A DNA stretch of 63,130 bases, counting the filler, from Rhabdomonas costata (Eukaryota), in assembly GCA_019059605.1 (NCBI GenBank). It is 22 parts of 22 records of this genome, joined end to end, with 100 filler letters (N's around TTAATTAATTAA, not from the genome) between each part and the next. Parts side by side here need not be neighbours in the genome. Positions count along the whole stretch, not along the records: positions 40,265 to 43,034 come from JAHMHO010002095.1; positions 43,135 to 45,907 come from JAHMHO010002096.1; positions 46,008 to 48,775 come from JAHMHO010002097.1; positions 48,876 to 51,645 come from JAHMHO010002098.1; 18 more parts are not named here. One strand, 5' to 3'. The position numbers were made by a program, and so were the translations under genes. Shown piece after piece: positions 40,527 to 51,745 of this stretch; the first letter of the stretch is position 1, and each line of letters opens with the position of its first letter. The notes beneath the pieces are model-generated. The model did no database searches and was not told the DNA's origin. It saw nothing but the letters and a program-made list of their open reading frames with translations.

Positions 40527-43034
40527 CGTGCAGCGTGCAAATTCTGGACCCCACCGGAAACGGCCTGGCGGACATCTACGACGTCAAGGGGCTCTCCTCG
40601 GGCTTCCCGTACTACACCGGCCGAGCCACAGGCCAGCAGCTGTACGCCCTACCCGTGACTGGAGGGCTGTGGTGCGTCAGCTCCACTTTGGGCAGCAGTG
40701 CCTGCAAGGCCTCCTTTGCGGACATGGCGGTGACTGCGGAGATGATCACCGCCCCAGCCTTGATTGCCGGAGTCTCGTACAACACGGTGGTTCCGCTGTG
40801 CTACGGTACGTGTGGGTGCGGTGGGTAGCATGGGATGTCTGCACTCGGTTTGGTCGGTGCTTTTCCCGATCGCGCCTCACTTTTGGCACGTATGTTGAGA
40901 TGGCAACAAATGCGCTGACATTTTTGCGAGCGATGATCACTTTAACTTTTTTTCGCCGCTTCGTTCTGAAACAGTGTGCAACTCTGTGCAAATCACTGGG
41001 GCCTCCACGAAATCGCTCAACGCGATCTACGACGTTAAGGGCACCGCGATGGGCCGCCCTCGGTACCTCAGCCGCAGCGGCTCGGGCATGGCGCTGTACT
41101 TCGTGAACACGGCGAGCTATGGGCAGTGGTGCCTGGGCACCACCGTGGGCGGGCCCTGCTCGGCATATTTCACAGACCTCGCGCTGTCCGCGGACCAGAT
41201 CAAGAGCACTCGGCTGTACCAGGGCAGCGTCTCCAGCGTGGTGACGCTCAGCTGCGCTGGTGCTGTGTTGCATGCGGATGCTTTGATGTTTGGTTGCCGT
41301 CAAGAAGACAGCGATAAATTTGGTTGGAATGTGTCATTGGGAGCCTGAGCAGAAGTGAAGAGCCGACTCGGGCGCAGTTAAAACGGGGATGCACGGGCGT
41401 TAGACGTCTAATGTTGTCAAAAGAACGGTCTAATGGGTGTGTTGTGGTTGTAATGCACGGGCCCAGATTCCAATAAAAGATTCGTAGGGAGTTTGGAGGC
41501 GATGCGCGTGCGGGGGAGGAGGGCCCCCCAGCAACATGCCTGAGTTAGGGGCGTTAGGCAATGCCAGACGTCTGACAGCGTTAGACTTCTGACACCCGTC
41601 TAACGCAGCCCCCCTCCCCCTAACCGTGCACGACCCGTTAAAGCGGACCTGTTGGGTTAGCTGGGATTTGGCTACTCCGGCTTTTGGACGCCATCCTGTA
41701 TGACGGAACCCAAGGAAAAGGATCCTAATGACCTCCTTTTAGGCCGTTTCGGTTCCTCTTCGGAAAGGTTCCATTGCAGTCGCCTTTTTTTGCTTGTATT
41801 TACTTGTGTTTGTGTGACCGCAGCGACTTACACTCCGGCAAGCACCGCGACCTGCGCCTCGTTCACGGGGAGCTGCCCTGCGGGGCAGGTGCTGACGTAC
41901 TATGCCAACAAGAACTGCCCCAGCGGGAGCTGCGATGCCTCGGACTGCTGCGTTCCAGGTATACCCACCCCGCCTCCCCGCGCGCTCCCTGGCACGAAAG
42001 AAGGCAGACGCACCGCTCCCTTCTAGCTTCTACGCAAGTATGTGCACGGAAATAGTTGTGTGGAGCCCCAACGTCGATCTCTTCATTGGCCTGCGGGGTG
42101 GGTTGGGGGGATGGTGAGATGAAGCGATTGGGCGTGTTCTGGGCCTCTTTGGGATATTTTGAGCCTTTTAAGCTGGTTTTGGGCTTCCAGTGGTCACCAA
42201 CGAAAGTATTTCAGTAGTACTGATTTCAACCTCCTGAAACTGGATGGGTGGGTTAAGGGGCTTGTACTCCCATCCATCAAGGCACGTGATGCAGGATCCA
42301 AATCAGCAGTGGCCCGTTGTCTCTGTCGGAAGTGGTTGACTTCTAAATGTGGTGAGGGCATTAGTTTACGTGCCATGGCGCGAGGGCTCCATATAAATAC
42401 AGCGCGGGGGGGAGTCACACTGACTGTTCCACGCGGCACAGCGCCGACTTGTGGCTCCTTCACGTGCCCCGCAAGGACTGTCCCCAGTGCCCCCGCCAAC
42501 ACCGTTTGCTCCTCCGCCGTGTGCTCCCCGCAGGAGTGCTGTGCTGCCGGTACTTTTCTGTCTACCGCTTCCTCTCTGTCTCACTCACTGTGGGGTAGAT
42601 ACGCGGCGCGAGCTTCAGCTCACACCCGCCATCGCACGCGCGTGCAGGTCGTGGGCGTTTGGGAATTCGACGGGTACTTTGATAAGATGCCCGGGGGGTA
42701 AGTGCTGAAACTGCTGAGAGCAAGGATATTGCTGACTCTTTTCGAAATAGCTGAAAATCCGCGGTCCTGGTGTCGTGGTCAAGACCCGTGTGGACTGATA
42801 TTACCGTTGGTTATCGCACCCCTTGACCTCCCAGAAATGGCCCTTGTGTCAATGCCTAGAGGCTGATGGGGCGGTTGTGTTCGGCTTTGTGGCCAAGGGC
42901 GGGGGGCATGGTTTGTGTGACCTCAGCGTGCAGCGCTCTGACGACGTGCAACACGTGCTCCCTGAACAGCGCCTGCAAGTGGTGTGGCAGCTCCTGCGTC
43001 GCGGCCTCGGACACCTCTACCTGCACCACCCAAC
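40527..43034 (+). CDS. Modular Cys-rich extracellular protein, partial (exons 40527-40805, 40975-41259, 41824-41958, 42442-42549, 42927-contig end)
   Basis: Two ~94-aa homologous domains (IYDVKG...G-x-P-x-Y...LY...WC), two 6-Cys repeats (TC-x-SF...CP...C-x4-C-x4-CC) and a PSI-like domain (CSALTTCNTCSLNSACKWCGSSC). All introns are GT-AG phase 1. Confidence 0.85.
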
Positions 43035-45625
43035 NNNNNNNNNNNNNNNNNNNNNNNNNNNNNNNNNNNNNNNNNNNNTTAATTAATTAANNNNNNNNNN
43101 NNNNNNNNNNNNNNNNNNNNNNNNNNNNNNNNNNGGTTGTGGGGGGAGGCGAACCGACGCCGCAATCGGGGAGTACTGGTTGGAGCCGATGGCCGCAAGG
43201 GAGGGTCTTTGCTGGACGAGCACGTACCGCTCCCCCGCAGTGATGACTGCAAAAAAGCAATGAGTGGAAGCAACAGGCTAACCAAAACACACCTTATTCC
43301 ATAAGATGCCTCAGACGTATAACAGTACCCCAACCGAGGACTTGCGCACTTGTTTCCGTCAACCTTCGTCTCAATAGACTTTTGTTATGTAGTGACAAAG
43401 GCGAAACAAAGGCTTCCGCACAGTGTCCCGCTGCTGCTCGCAATTTTGGATTCCCAAAAAATTTGTATTGTCATTACCTGAACCTGCAACAACAATACAT
43501 GCATCAAAAGTTGCTAGAAATCCGGCGTGGGGGCGAGGCGGACGGTGAACACAGAGTACTTTCTCTAATCTGGAAACAATGTTGGAACGCTTAGCGGCCA
43601 CAGACCTCAGAAGGGCAAAATGGTCCTTCCATGGCCCATAAAGGAAATGATCAGAAGGGCAGGGTGGTGAGAACACACCAGGCAGGATGAACGCGGTTGT
43701 GGGAGGCTCTGAGGTCAGGTACACCGGTTCCTGGAGGAGTGCCTTAGAGACGGTCTGGATCTCCACCTGCACACCGGGGGGACACGTCCAAACCTCCGCA
43801 CCATTGTTTTCTGTTTTCGTTCTCACAGCACTCTCACAGCACGCCTATGACCACCTCCTCGGTCGGTGATATCTCGGTCCCTGCGATCAGGGCCGGCTTA
43901 GGGATACGATGACACAACGCATAAGAAACTGCTGCTGCATAACAGGGAGAAAAAGGAGAGGTAAAACGAAAGCGCACAGCAAAGGAAAAAGGACACACCG
44001 TCATATCCGTAGGCACCACACGTTTGCTGATTCTGTAAGAACTACGGCAAAATTACTCCCTCACCCCACTCTCAACCCCCTGCTCTTCAATCAAACGACA
44101 CCGTCAGCTTCACGGCGTCGATGCGGCTGGCAATCCAGTCGATGTTCTGCACCACCACTGCAGTGATCGCGTACTCCGGAGTGCTCTTGAAGGTTGCTGC
44201 CCACTCTGCGAACACCCAACCCGAACCCCCCTGTTGTGCTGGAACTTGGCGCACCTCACTTCTCAGTGAAAAGTATGAAAACAAACATCAAGAAAGTTAA
44301 AATAGTTGACAGCTGTGTTGTCGTCTGCTGAATAAGGGCATAATGGTCCTGACGCTGTGGGATTTTGCATATCCTCCCCCCATGTCACATTTCACATTTG
44401 TTCACGGCTTTATAAAGTATGTTCGTATATTCGTTTGTAGATGCTAAACAACACCACTAACATTCAGAGTTTGACGAAGAAACAAGGCATGTCAAACGAA
44501 AGCAAACAATGACGTTAACAACAGACAAGTCCCATCGCCCCACTCACTTGGATTTGCTACGTGACATAACACAGCGTTGGTTTACATCAAAAAAGGATAT
44601 CAAAGACAAAGGCACTCTTGAGAATGCTTTTCCCTGCAATACGCACACCTGCAAACGGGCGGAAGCCCTTCACTGCAGAGAGCGTTTGTGGGGTCATATC
44701 GAAGCACGACAAGGGTACCGTGACCCCCGCAATCGTGACCACGGCATCGGCCATATCTCAAATAGCGTGTGGGCAACGGGTGGACAGAGATGCAGAAGAA
44801 GAAACAAATGCACAGAAAGCAGTGGTGGCAAGTGGCCTGAGAGAGGATAGGTCGGCAAAAGAAGGGGGGGGGAAGGGAGTAGTCAAAGTGCCATTTCAAA
44901 GAGGCAAACTTTCGTAAAATACATCCTCGGGTTGTCACGTTCGGCCGCCCACCCACAGTCGCCGTCACAGGCTTACATTTCTCATCACGGTTTCCATGAT
45001 TTTTTCATGGTAAACCTCAAAAGGGGAGGCCAGCTTGTCACCGCAACAGAGGCGTCGCTGTAGACGGAAAAAGACCACTCCACAGCACAAGTCATGGCGT
45101 ACGAGAGTATTCACATATCGGGGAAAAACAGAAAGAGCAGAGGGAATAGCAAGGGCACAAAAGGAGGTAATGCAGACACGAAGAACGAAAGGAGCAACGG
45201 GAACAGGTACGAGATCCAAGGCCTCAGGTAGTCTACACTTCACAAATGACACAGACACTCGAGAAAACGAGGCGGTCAAGACAACCAAGGGGCGAGGAAC
45301 GATGCGCGAAGATCTCTTAAAAGCTCTCCGCATTTCTGGACTTGCACAAAAGTTCGGCAGGTATGCGCAGATGCTGAAAAACAAAGAGACATCTGCACAT
45401 TTTTAAGTGCATGTCGCTGACACACTCATCGAGGGGTGAAAAGAGGGGTGAAAATTCTTCCTTCACGACCTCCTTCACTGGACAGAGCCCACAGGGAAGG
45501 TCCCACCCAATCAAATCGACGGGTTCGCAACCAAACTGGTCCAACGACAAAATGACAATGACCCCTCCTCATGGCCGCGCCCTGGCCAAAGGGCAGAACG
45601 GGGGGGTGCGGGGAAAAAGGAGGCT

Positions 45626-45779
45626 TCAGCTGGAGGCTGCCGCGATGTCCGTCTTGCACACGGGGCAAGTCTTGTGCTGACTAAGCCATGGGAAGATGCA
45701 GGTGTGGTGGAAGAGGTGCGTGCAGACCAACACGCTGAGGAGGTCCCCATCCTCAGCCTCCGCGAGGCAGATCGGGCAT
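45626..45779 (-). CDS. RING-H2 zinc finger (E3 ubiquitin ligase), terminal exon
   Basis: CPICLAEAEDGDLLSVLVCTHLFHHTCIFPWLSQHKTCPVCK is a C3H2C3 motif. Acceptor CTCCCAG; TGA stop. Confidence 0.92.
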
Positions 45780-46007
45780 CTGGGAGGTAGAGCAAGACAG
45801 CCGTCCGGGGGGGGAAGGCACACAGGTGCCGGTGCGAGATTAGAGGGTGAGTGAGGTAAGGTGACCATAAATAGGGTCCAAAACCAGGACCTATCCACCC
45901 CCCCCCCNNNNNNNNNNNNNNNNNNNNNNNNNNNNNNNNNNNNNNNNNNNNTTAATTAATTAANNNNNNNNNNNNNNNNNNNNNNNNNNNNNNNNNNNNN
46001 NNNNNNN

Positions 46008-47777
46008 TTGTGTGTTTGTGGTTGCCCCAGCACCCACTGGAATAACGCTGGAATTGAAGGTTTTGTTCATCGACGAGGACGAAGTCGGAGACTCTGTTGG
46101 TGAAGAGGAAAGGGTGTGAGTCTGCGTGGGGGATCGCGTCGGGGACAGTGTAGAGGATCGCGTGGGGGACAGCGTGCGAGACCGCGTTGTGGTCAAAGTC
46201 CGGGTTGTAGTTGGCAAACGGGTGGGTGTGTACGTCGGCACCGGGGTCAGTGTGGCCGTCCTGGTGGTTGTGTGAATCACCGTCAGAGTTGGGGACCTAG
46301 TGTGGTTTCCCCAGCTCAGTTCCCCGGTAGGCTCAATCCCATTGGCAATCCAAACGATTAAGCTCGCGCCCTGCAGAGGAACGTTGTACAGGTTCTTCGG
46401 GGTGAGCTTCACCGTGAGGGCGACCTGCTCCAGAGCAGGGATGCTCTCGAGCTTGGACGCCACTTGGTGGTCTAGGATTACAGGCTTTCCCATGGCCATC
46501 AGCAGAGCATTCATCAGCCACGGATAGGAATCCGAGCGGTACGCAGGGTTACCCAGATTCATCACAAGGTGCCCGCTGCGATACGGCTGGTAGAGAACGC
46601 TTGGAAGCTCTTGACCCGCTCCGACCGGGGTAGTCGTCCCGAAACGGATGTCCTTAAGCCAGAGTGGGGCAGAGCTCGAGTTGGTGTCCCAGCGAGCAAC
46701 TACGGTGAGGTTCGGAGAGAGGCTGCGTACCACTGGCCCTCCAAGGAGCGCTAGAGGACGAGTGTTGTTTGCGCCAATCTGCAGGCTGTGGCAGAGCGCA
46801 TGGGCGGCCCATTCCTCTGCCGTGAGGGAGGATGTGGGGTCAAAGGCGGAGGGCTCGCATCCCACCGTATTACCTGAGAGGGGCTCTCCAGAAACGATGA
46901 CGTGGTTCTTGTCAAACGTCCCGGAAGGAATGAGCCCAAGGTGCTCCAGCACCATCGCCGCCTTCCCCGACGTGAACACCGTTCCCCCGCCCTCTAAAAA
47001 GCGTCGAATAGCGTCCGCACCGGACTTTCTCAGGGCGTTGGCGACGTAGACCTGCTGCCCTGCCCTGATATCGGGAATGATCAGGAACCCAACCCGGGGC
47101 TGACCCTTGCGTGCAGACAGGATTCCAGCCTGGATGTCCTCTGGGTACACGTTCATGATAACCGTCTGCGAGGGGTCCAGGCCGACCAGATCGGGCACAG
47201 TATAGCAGGCAGCCCACTTGACTGCCCCGATGTACCCGTAGGTGGCGTCGCAAAAGTCCGCCGACTCGTATGTCAGCATCTGCTTGATGTTGAGCGGGGG
47301 CCCGGAATGCTTCTCCACGTTCAGAATCGCGATGCTAACGTCATACAGCGCCTGGGCGCGCGTGAGGTCGATCCCAGTCGCGTGAAGATAGCGCAGTAGC
47401 CCATCTTCGGGGAGGTCACTACTTTTCGTGCTGATAATTGCACCCTCACTGTAGTTGCCTTGTGACAAAGGATACGGATAAAGAATGAATCGGGAGTCCC
47501 GAGTGGAAAGCCCAGTGAGAACAAACTTGTACGCCTCCTGCATGCCGGACCATCCCTGCTGGGCCATCCCCAGCGGGATAAGCACCCCCTCGTCAATTCC
47601 GATGCCTTGAGGCCTGACCGCACCCCGCCTTGTCTTTTCGGGGGAGTCACTGCCAGTATAGGATCTCAGGCTCGTGTGTTTAAATCGAGTCTTCAGCAGT
47701 GCACGAACCTCAGATAAAGAGGGTGAAAGCCCCTCTGCCACCAGCATCAAGGTAGCGAGAAAAAGAAAAACAAACAT
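46008..47777 (-). CDS. Secreted protein with class-I glutamine amidotransferase-like fold and Thr/Ser/Pro-rich mucin-like stalk; single uninterrupted ~590-aa ORF truncated at the contig end
   Basis: Hydrophobic signal peptide MFVFLFLATLMLVAEG; FLIIPD...GADAIRRFLEGGGTVFTSGKAA segment; TLSPTRS-type repeats near the truncated end. Confidence 0.8.
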
Positions 47778-49142
47778 GTTTTCGTACTGGTATACTTACT
47801 TCTGCAAAAACAAGAGTTTAGAGAATAAACAGGCATCAGTGATTCTAAACTCCATGCTGTGAGTGCAACAGGCAGCGGCGTGATTTGGTCAGTTGCATAT
47901 TTTCACCCTTTAGCTCAGCACTGGTGACAACAAAAGATGAAAAACGCGACCCGGAGGGAGGCGCCACCACAATAATGGGTTCGCCATTTTGTAAAAGAAA
48001 AAGTAAGCCGAAAATCATCGAAAACCGTCATCGAAGACCGTCTTCGCGACCGTCTTCGCACGGTTTCTTCCCCTTCTGAAAAGCAGGCTGGCAGGAGGCC
48101 CGTTGGTACCCTGCCGTTGGTACCCCCCACCCCCTTCCTCTCCTTTGTAAATAGTGGGCGTGCTCGGCTGGTGTGCTCTTGCCCCAAGCTCAGCACCGGC
48201 GAAAACAAAAGAAAAACTAGAAAAACGGAGGGAGACGCCGTCCCAATGATAGGTACGCCATTTCGAAAGATAGAAGCTTTTTGTTCTTCGTATTTCGTTC
48301 TGTTTAGTTCGTACGGTAATTACAGTGCTGACCCCTGTTGCTGCAGAAGTGCCGTGGTTCTCTTCTCTCTCTCTCTCTCAAAAAAAAAAAAACGGGAGCT
48401 GGCAAGACAAAACCGGGCGTGAATGGTTAACGAATGCTTTTCTTACCAACCTAGAGCCTGATCCATCCTGTGAATGAAACTGATACGAGTGAATGTGAAT
48501 GTAACAACGAACGTAATATGAAAGAAACAGCGGAGCTGAATAAGCCTTCGGCTATGCTCCAGATGCTCAGCAATGGGCGGTTATTTCTGCGGGCCATTAA
48601 AAAGTGATCATGATGCCGGACCCGGGCTCATCAAATCAAATCACTCACCAAATCACCAAAATCCGAGGTGTCAGCAACTCAAGGATCTGAGGCAGCACTG
48701 TAATCAACATGATCAAACGTGATCTAAATGGCCAAAAATGAGCTGTATCACCAACAACCCCCAAACACACCCACANNNNNNNNNNNNNNNNNNNNNNNNN
48801 NNNNNNNNNNNNNNNNNNNTTAATTAATTAANNNNNNNNNNNNNNNNNNNNNNNNNNNNNNNNNNNNNNNNNNNNGGGGTGGTTGACATAGATTGTCAGG
48901 GATCAGTCGCACAAATAAATGCAGGCCTTGAGCAATGATCCTGGGATCGTTGCTCAAGGCCTGCATTTATTTGTGCGACTGATCCCTGACAATCTATGTC
49001 AACCGCCGCCACCGCCTCTGATGTGCGCTTCTTCTCTCCTTCTGTGACCTTGCATTCCACTCCACCTTTCTTTTACCGCACGATAGCAAGGTGTCCAGTG
49101 AATGCCCTACCACCCCTGGATGCGCGTTCGGGCACTGCGCAG

Positions 49143-49250
49143 GTCTTCACTGTGGTTGGCGAGGCGCTGGAGCACGCCGTGGCGCTGCAGCGGGCGGGCT
49201 GCAAGACCCATGGGGTGCCCGTCTTGGTCACCGAGACTGTGGCGAAGCAG
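49143..49250 (+). CDS. Exon of a degenerate class III adenylate/guanylate cyclase-like domain
   Basis: AG/GT-bounded 108-nt exon VFTVVGEALEHAVALQRAGCKTHGVPVLVTETVAKQ aligns to the cyclase C-terminal motif (yTviGdtVNlAsRLe...g..iliSe.t). Confidence 0.65.
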
Positions 49251-50165
49251 GTCTGTCTCCCTAATCTGTTTTCAACCTACACGGTGCTGTGTTTATCGGA
49301 ACTTGTCGCTGACAAACTGTCGATAAATGAGGTTGGGTCAGCTGCGTGAAGCTTTCTCGATTCGCACCTCCGTCTGTGCTGCTTGGTTTGCTTAGGACGA
49401 CATTTTGGGCGACCTGCTCTTTCTTTTCCTTTAGACTTTTTTTTTTGCTCAACTCCGGTGAAAACCAGTCCGCCCATGTTTACCACAGCCCTATGTGGTG
49501 TGACGACGCCGAGTTACGGTTAAGTTTACGGTGGAGTTGGTTTGGGTTACTACGAACGCTGTGGTCGGATTGTGGACGTCCGCTCTTCTTGGGGCTGCTG
49601 GTTTGAGTCACCTGCAATGTCTCGTGATGATTGTGAGGCAACTAACGTGCTTAGGGGGGTGGGTATAGAGTTGCGTTGAACATCAAACGTTACGTAAAAC
49701 GTAAAACGTAAAGCTTTAACCGTTAAGTGTTAAATGCGAAAGAGGTACATGCATTGTATATCGCATTCTATCCCACTCTCCCTCTTACGCATGTGAGCTG
49801 CTGCCCTTGTGTTTCTGTGTGTATTATATTGTCCGGGTCACCCCAAAAAGTCACAACGTACAAAAATGTGCACTAAAGCAGGCGTTTTCGGACATAAAAG
49901 CTTAAACGCGTGGTGAAAAAACTGGCCTCCAGGGCATACCGGTTGTGCTTATTCTTTCAAGCTGATTTTGACCTTCTACGGTCACCTCTTACTTTTAGGT
50001 GACACGGGCCATATTATTATCGTATGAAGCGATCGACTGCGAGACCGGTAACCTGTTCTGTGTTTGGCGTGCATCGTCTGACCGATTGCCAGTCAACTGT
50101 TGCTGTTGGAAGCGTAGTGTAGTGTTTAGCGGAGGGGTGGGGTTCCGTGCAGTTTTTTTGTGCAG

Positions 50166-50822
50166 CTCTTCCATGCAACCTCTCGGTGAGCGGCTTCACC
50201 GGCATACGGTTCAGACTCAACGGGCTGTTCGTGCCCGGTGCAGATGGCCTCTACCAGGGACGGCCGTACTATATCGGGCTTGAGGGGGACAAGCAGAGCT
50301 GTGAGCTGTGGTATGACCCCAAGGTTGGGTGGACATTTAGCTCGGGGCGGAACTCCACGGGGAGTGCTTACGCTCGCAACACCCAGGACGTGCTGACGCC
50401 TGACCAGCTTACCGATCCGTGGCTTGTGGAGCCTCGTAACTGGGGGGAGCTTGTTCCTGACCCCTCCCTGCGGACGCTATGTTCAAGTATGGCGTGGCCT
50501 ATGCTCAAAGGTGTTTTTTGTTGAGCAAACGTGTTTCCAGGCAATATGCCTGCACGTGGATTTGCGCTATGTGATGAAATGCGTGGAGCATGAAGGCAAA
50601 GGTGCTAGCCCTACTGATGAACAGAATTGCTCCGCTGTCTGTGTGCTATTGATCAACTATCCGTGGTTCTTGTCTGTTTGTTCGGGTTGTAGTGGCGGTG
50701 CCCTGTTCCCACAGCCCAGTCGTGTGCCTACTTTGAGAATTGCCCTCAGCCTGTGCTGTTCCGCAACGTCTCCAAGCTGTGCGCCCAGAATGCCTGCACG
50801 GAAGCGGAGTGCTGTTTGCAAG
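50166..50822 (+). CDS. Paralogue of the modular Cys-rich protein (exons 50166-50486, 50715-50822)
   Basis: LNGLF...YQGRPYY...LWY...W...TPDQLTDPW domain followed by the 6-Cys repeat QSCAYFENCPQPVLFRNVSKLCAQNACTEAECCLQ. Both are phase 1-1 exons. Confidence 0.8.
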
Positions 50823-51343
50823 GTATTCTGACGCCTCCAGTGCGTGAGCTCCAGGGGGATGCGGGATGCGGCCTCTGGCAATACCGGCAGTACATCGTTC
50901 GGCTGTGCTAAACAACGACGCGAAGTCTCAAGTGACAAGAATGACATTTGCGCTTTTTCGTTGAATGGAATTCATTGCGCGATATCGAATCTCTCTAGAA
51001 CCGCAAGGGATTGGAAGCACCCTCCCCTCCTGTTCCTGTTAGGTTTCTGGTTCGGTTCTAGCTAACTCCCTAACTCACCGCCCTCGTCAGGCTTTTTGCT
51101 ATTGAAGGGTCGTCTTGTTGCTGACCAGCCTTTAGCAAAGAAAGGTGGCAGTCATGCAAAACGGTGGAACATGTTACGTCTTGCTTTGGAGAATTCTGGA
51201 CACCGAAGTGGTGAGCTTCAAAAGAGACAGATACGTGCACGTGCCGGTCTGGCCTATTGGGTCATGAGGGCGGGGGGTTATGTGGCAATGCATGGACCAT
51301 TTGGTGTTCTAATATAATCTTAGGTATTCTAATAAAAGCTTTT

Positions 51344-51376
51344 GCGGGGGGTTAGGTGGGGATGCACGTTTCCCCT
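51344..51376 (+). repeat. Divergent copy of the putative Merlin terminal motif
   Basis: Its reverse complement matches 57101-57133 at 28/33 positions. It follows a short ORF ending ...AYWVMRAGGYVAMHGPFGVLI*, which resembles a Merlin C-terminus. Confidence 0.65.
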
Positions 51377-51745
51377 GCGATTGTAGTTGAAGCTTTTGCA
51401 GGGGGTCATACCCGTTTTTCCGGGGACTCTCTCCAGGATGCGCTCCGTGGCCCAAGATCCTAGGTGCCTTCATTTGTCATGTTTGTGCGGCTTGCATCGG
51501 ATTGGGGGGAGGGGCATAAATGCACTTGATAGGGGAGGAGGGGAGATTCCGTTGTCTTCCGCATTGGTCACTATTGTTGGTAGGAACTCGTTCAATGCTG
51601 GCTTTCACCAGCCAAGCCAAAGGGACAGGACTTGTTTAGGGGCGGNNNNNNNNNNNNNNNNNNNNNNNNNNNNNNNNNNNNNNNNNNNNTTAATTAATTA
51701 ANNNNNNNNNNNNNNNNNNNNNNNNNNNNNNNNNNNNNNNNNNNN

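Noticed and set aside
48881-49004. Near-perfect ~124-bp palindrome
   Set aside because: It sits at the contig start immediately after a G/T primer-like run, typical of a WGA fold-back chimera. It would count as real only if seen internally in independent reads.
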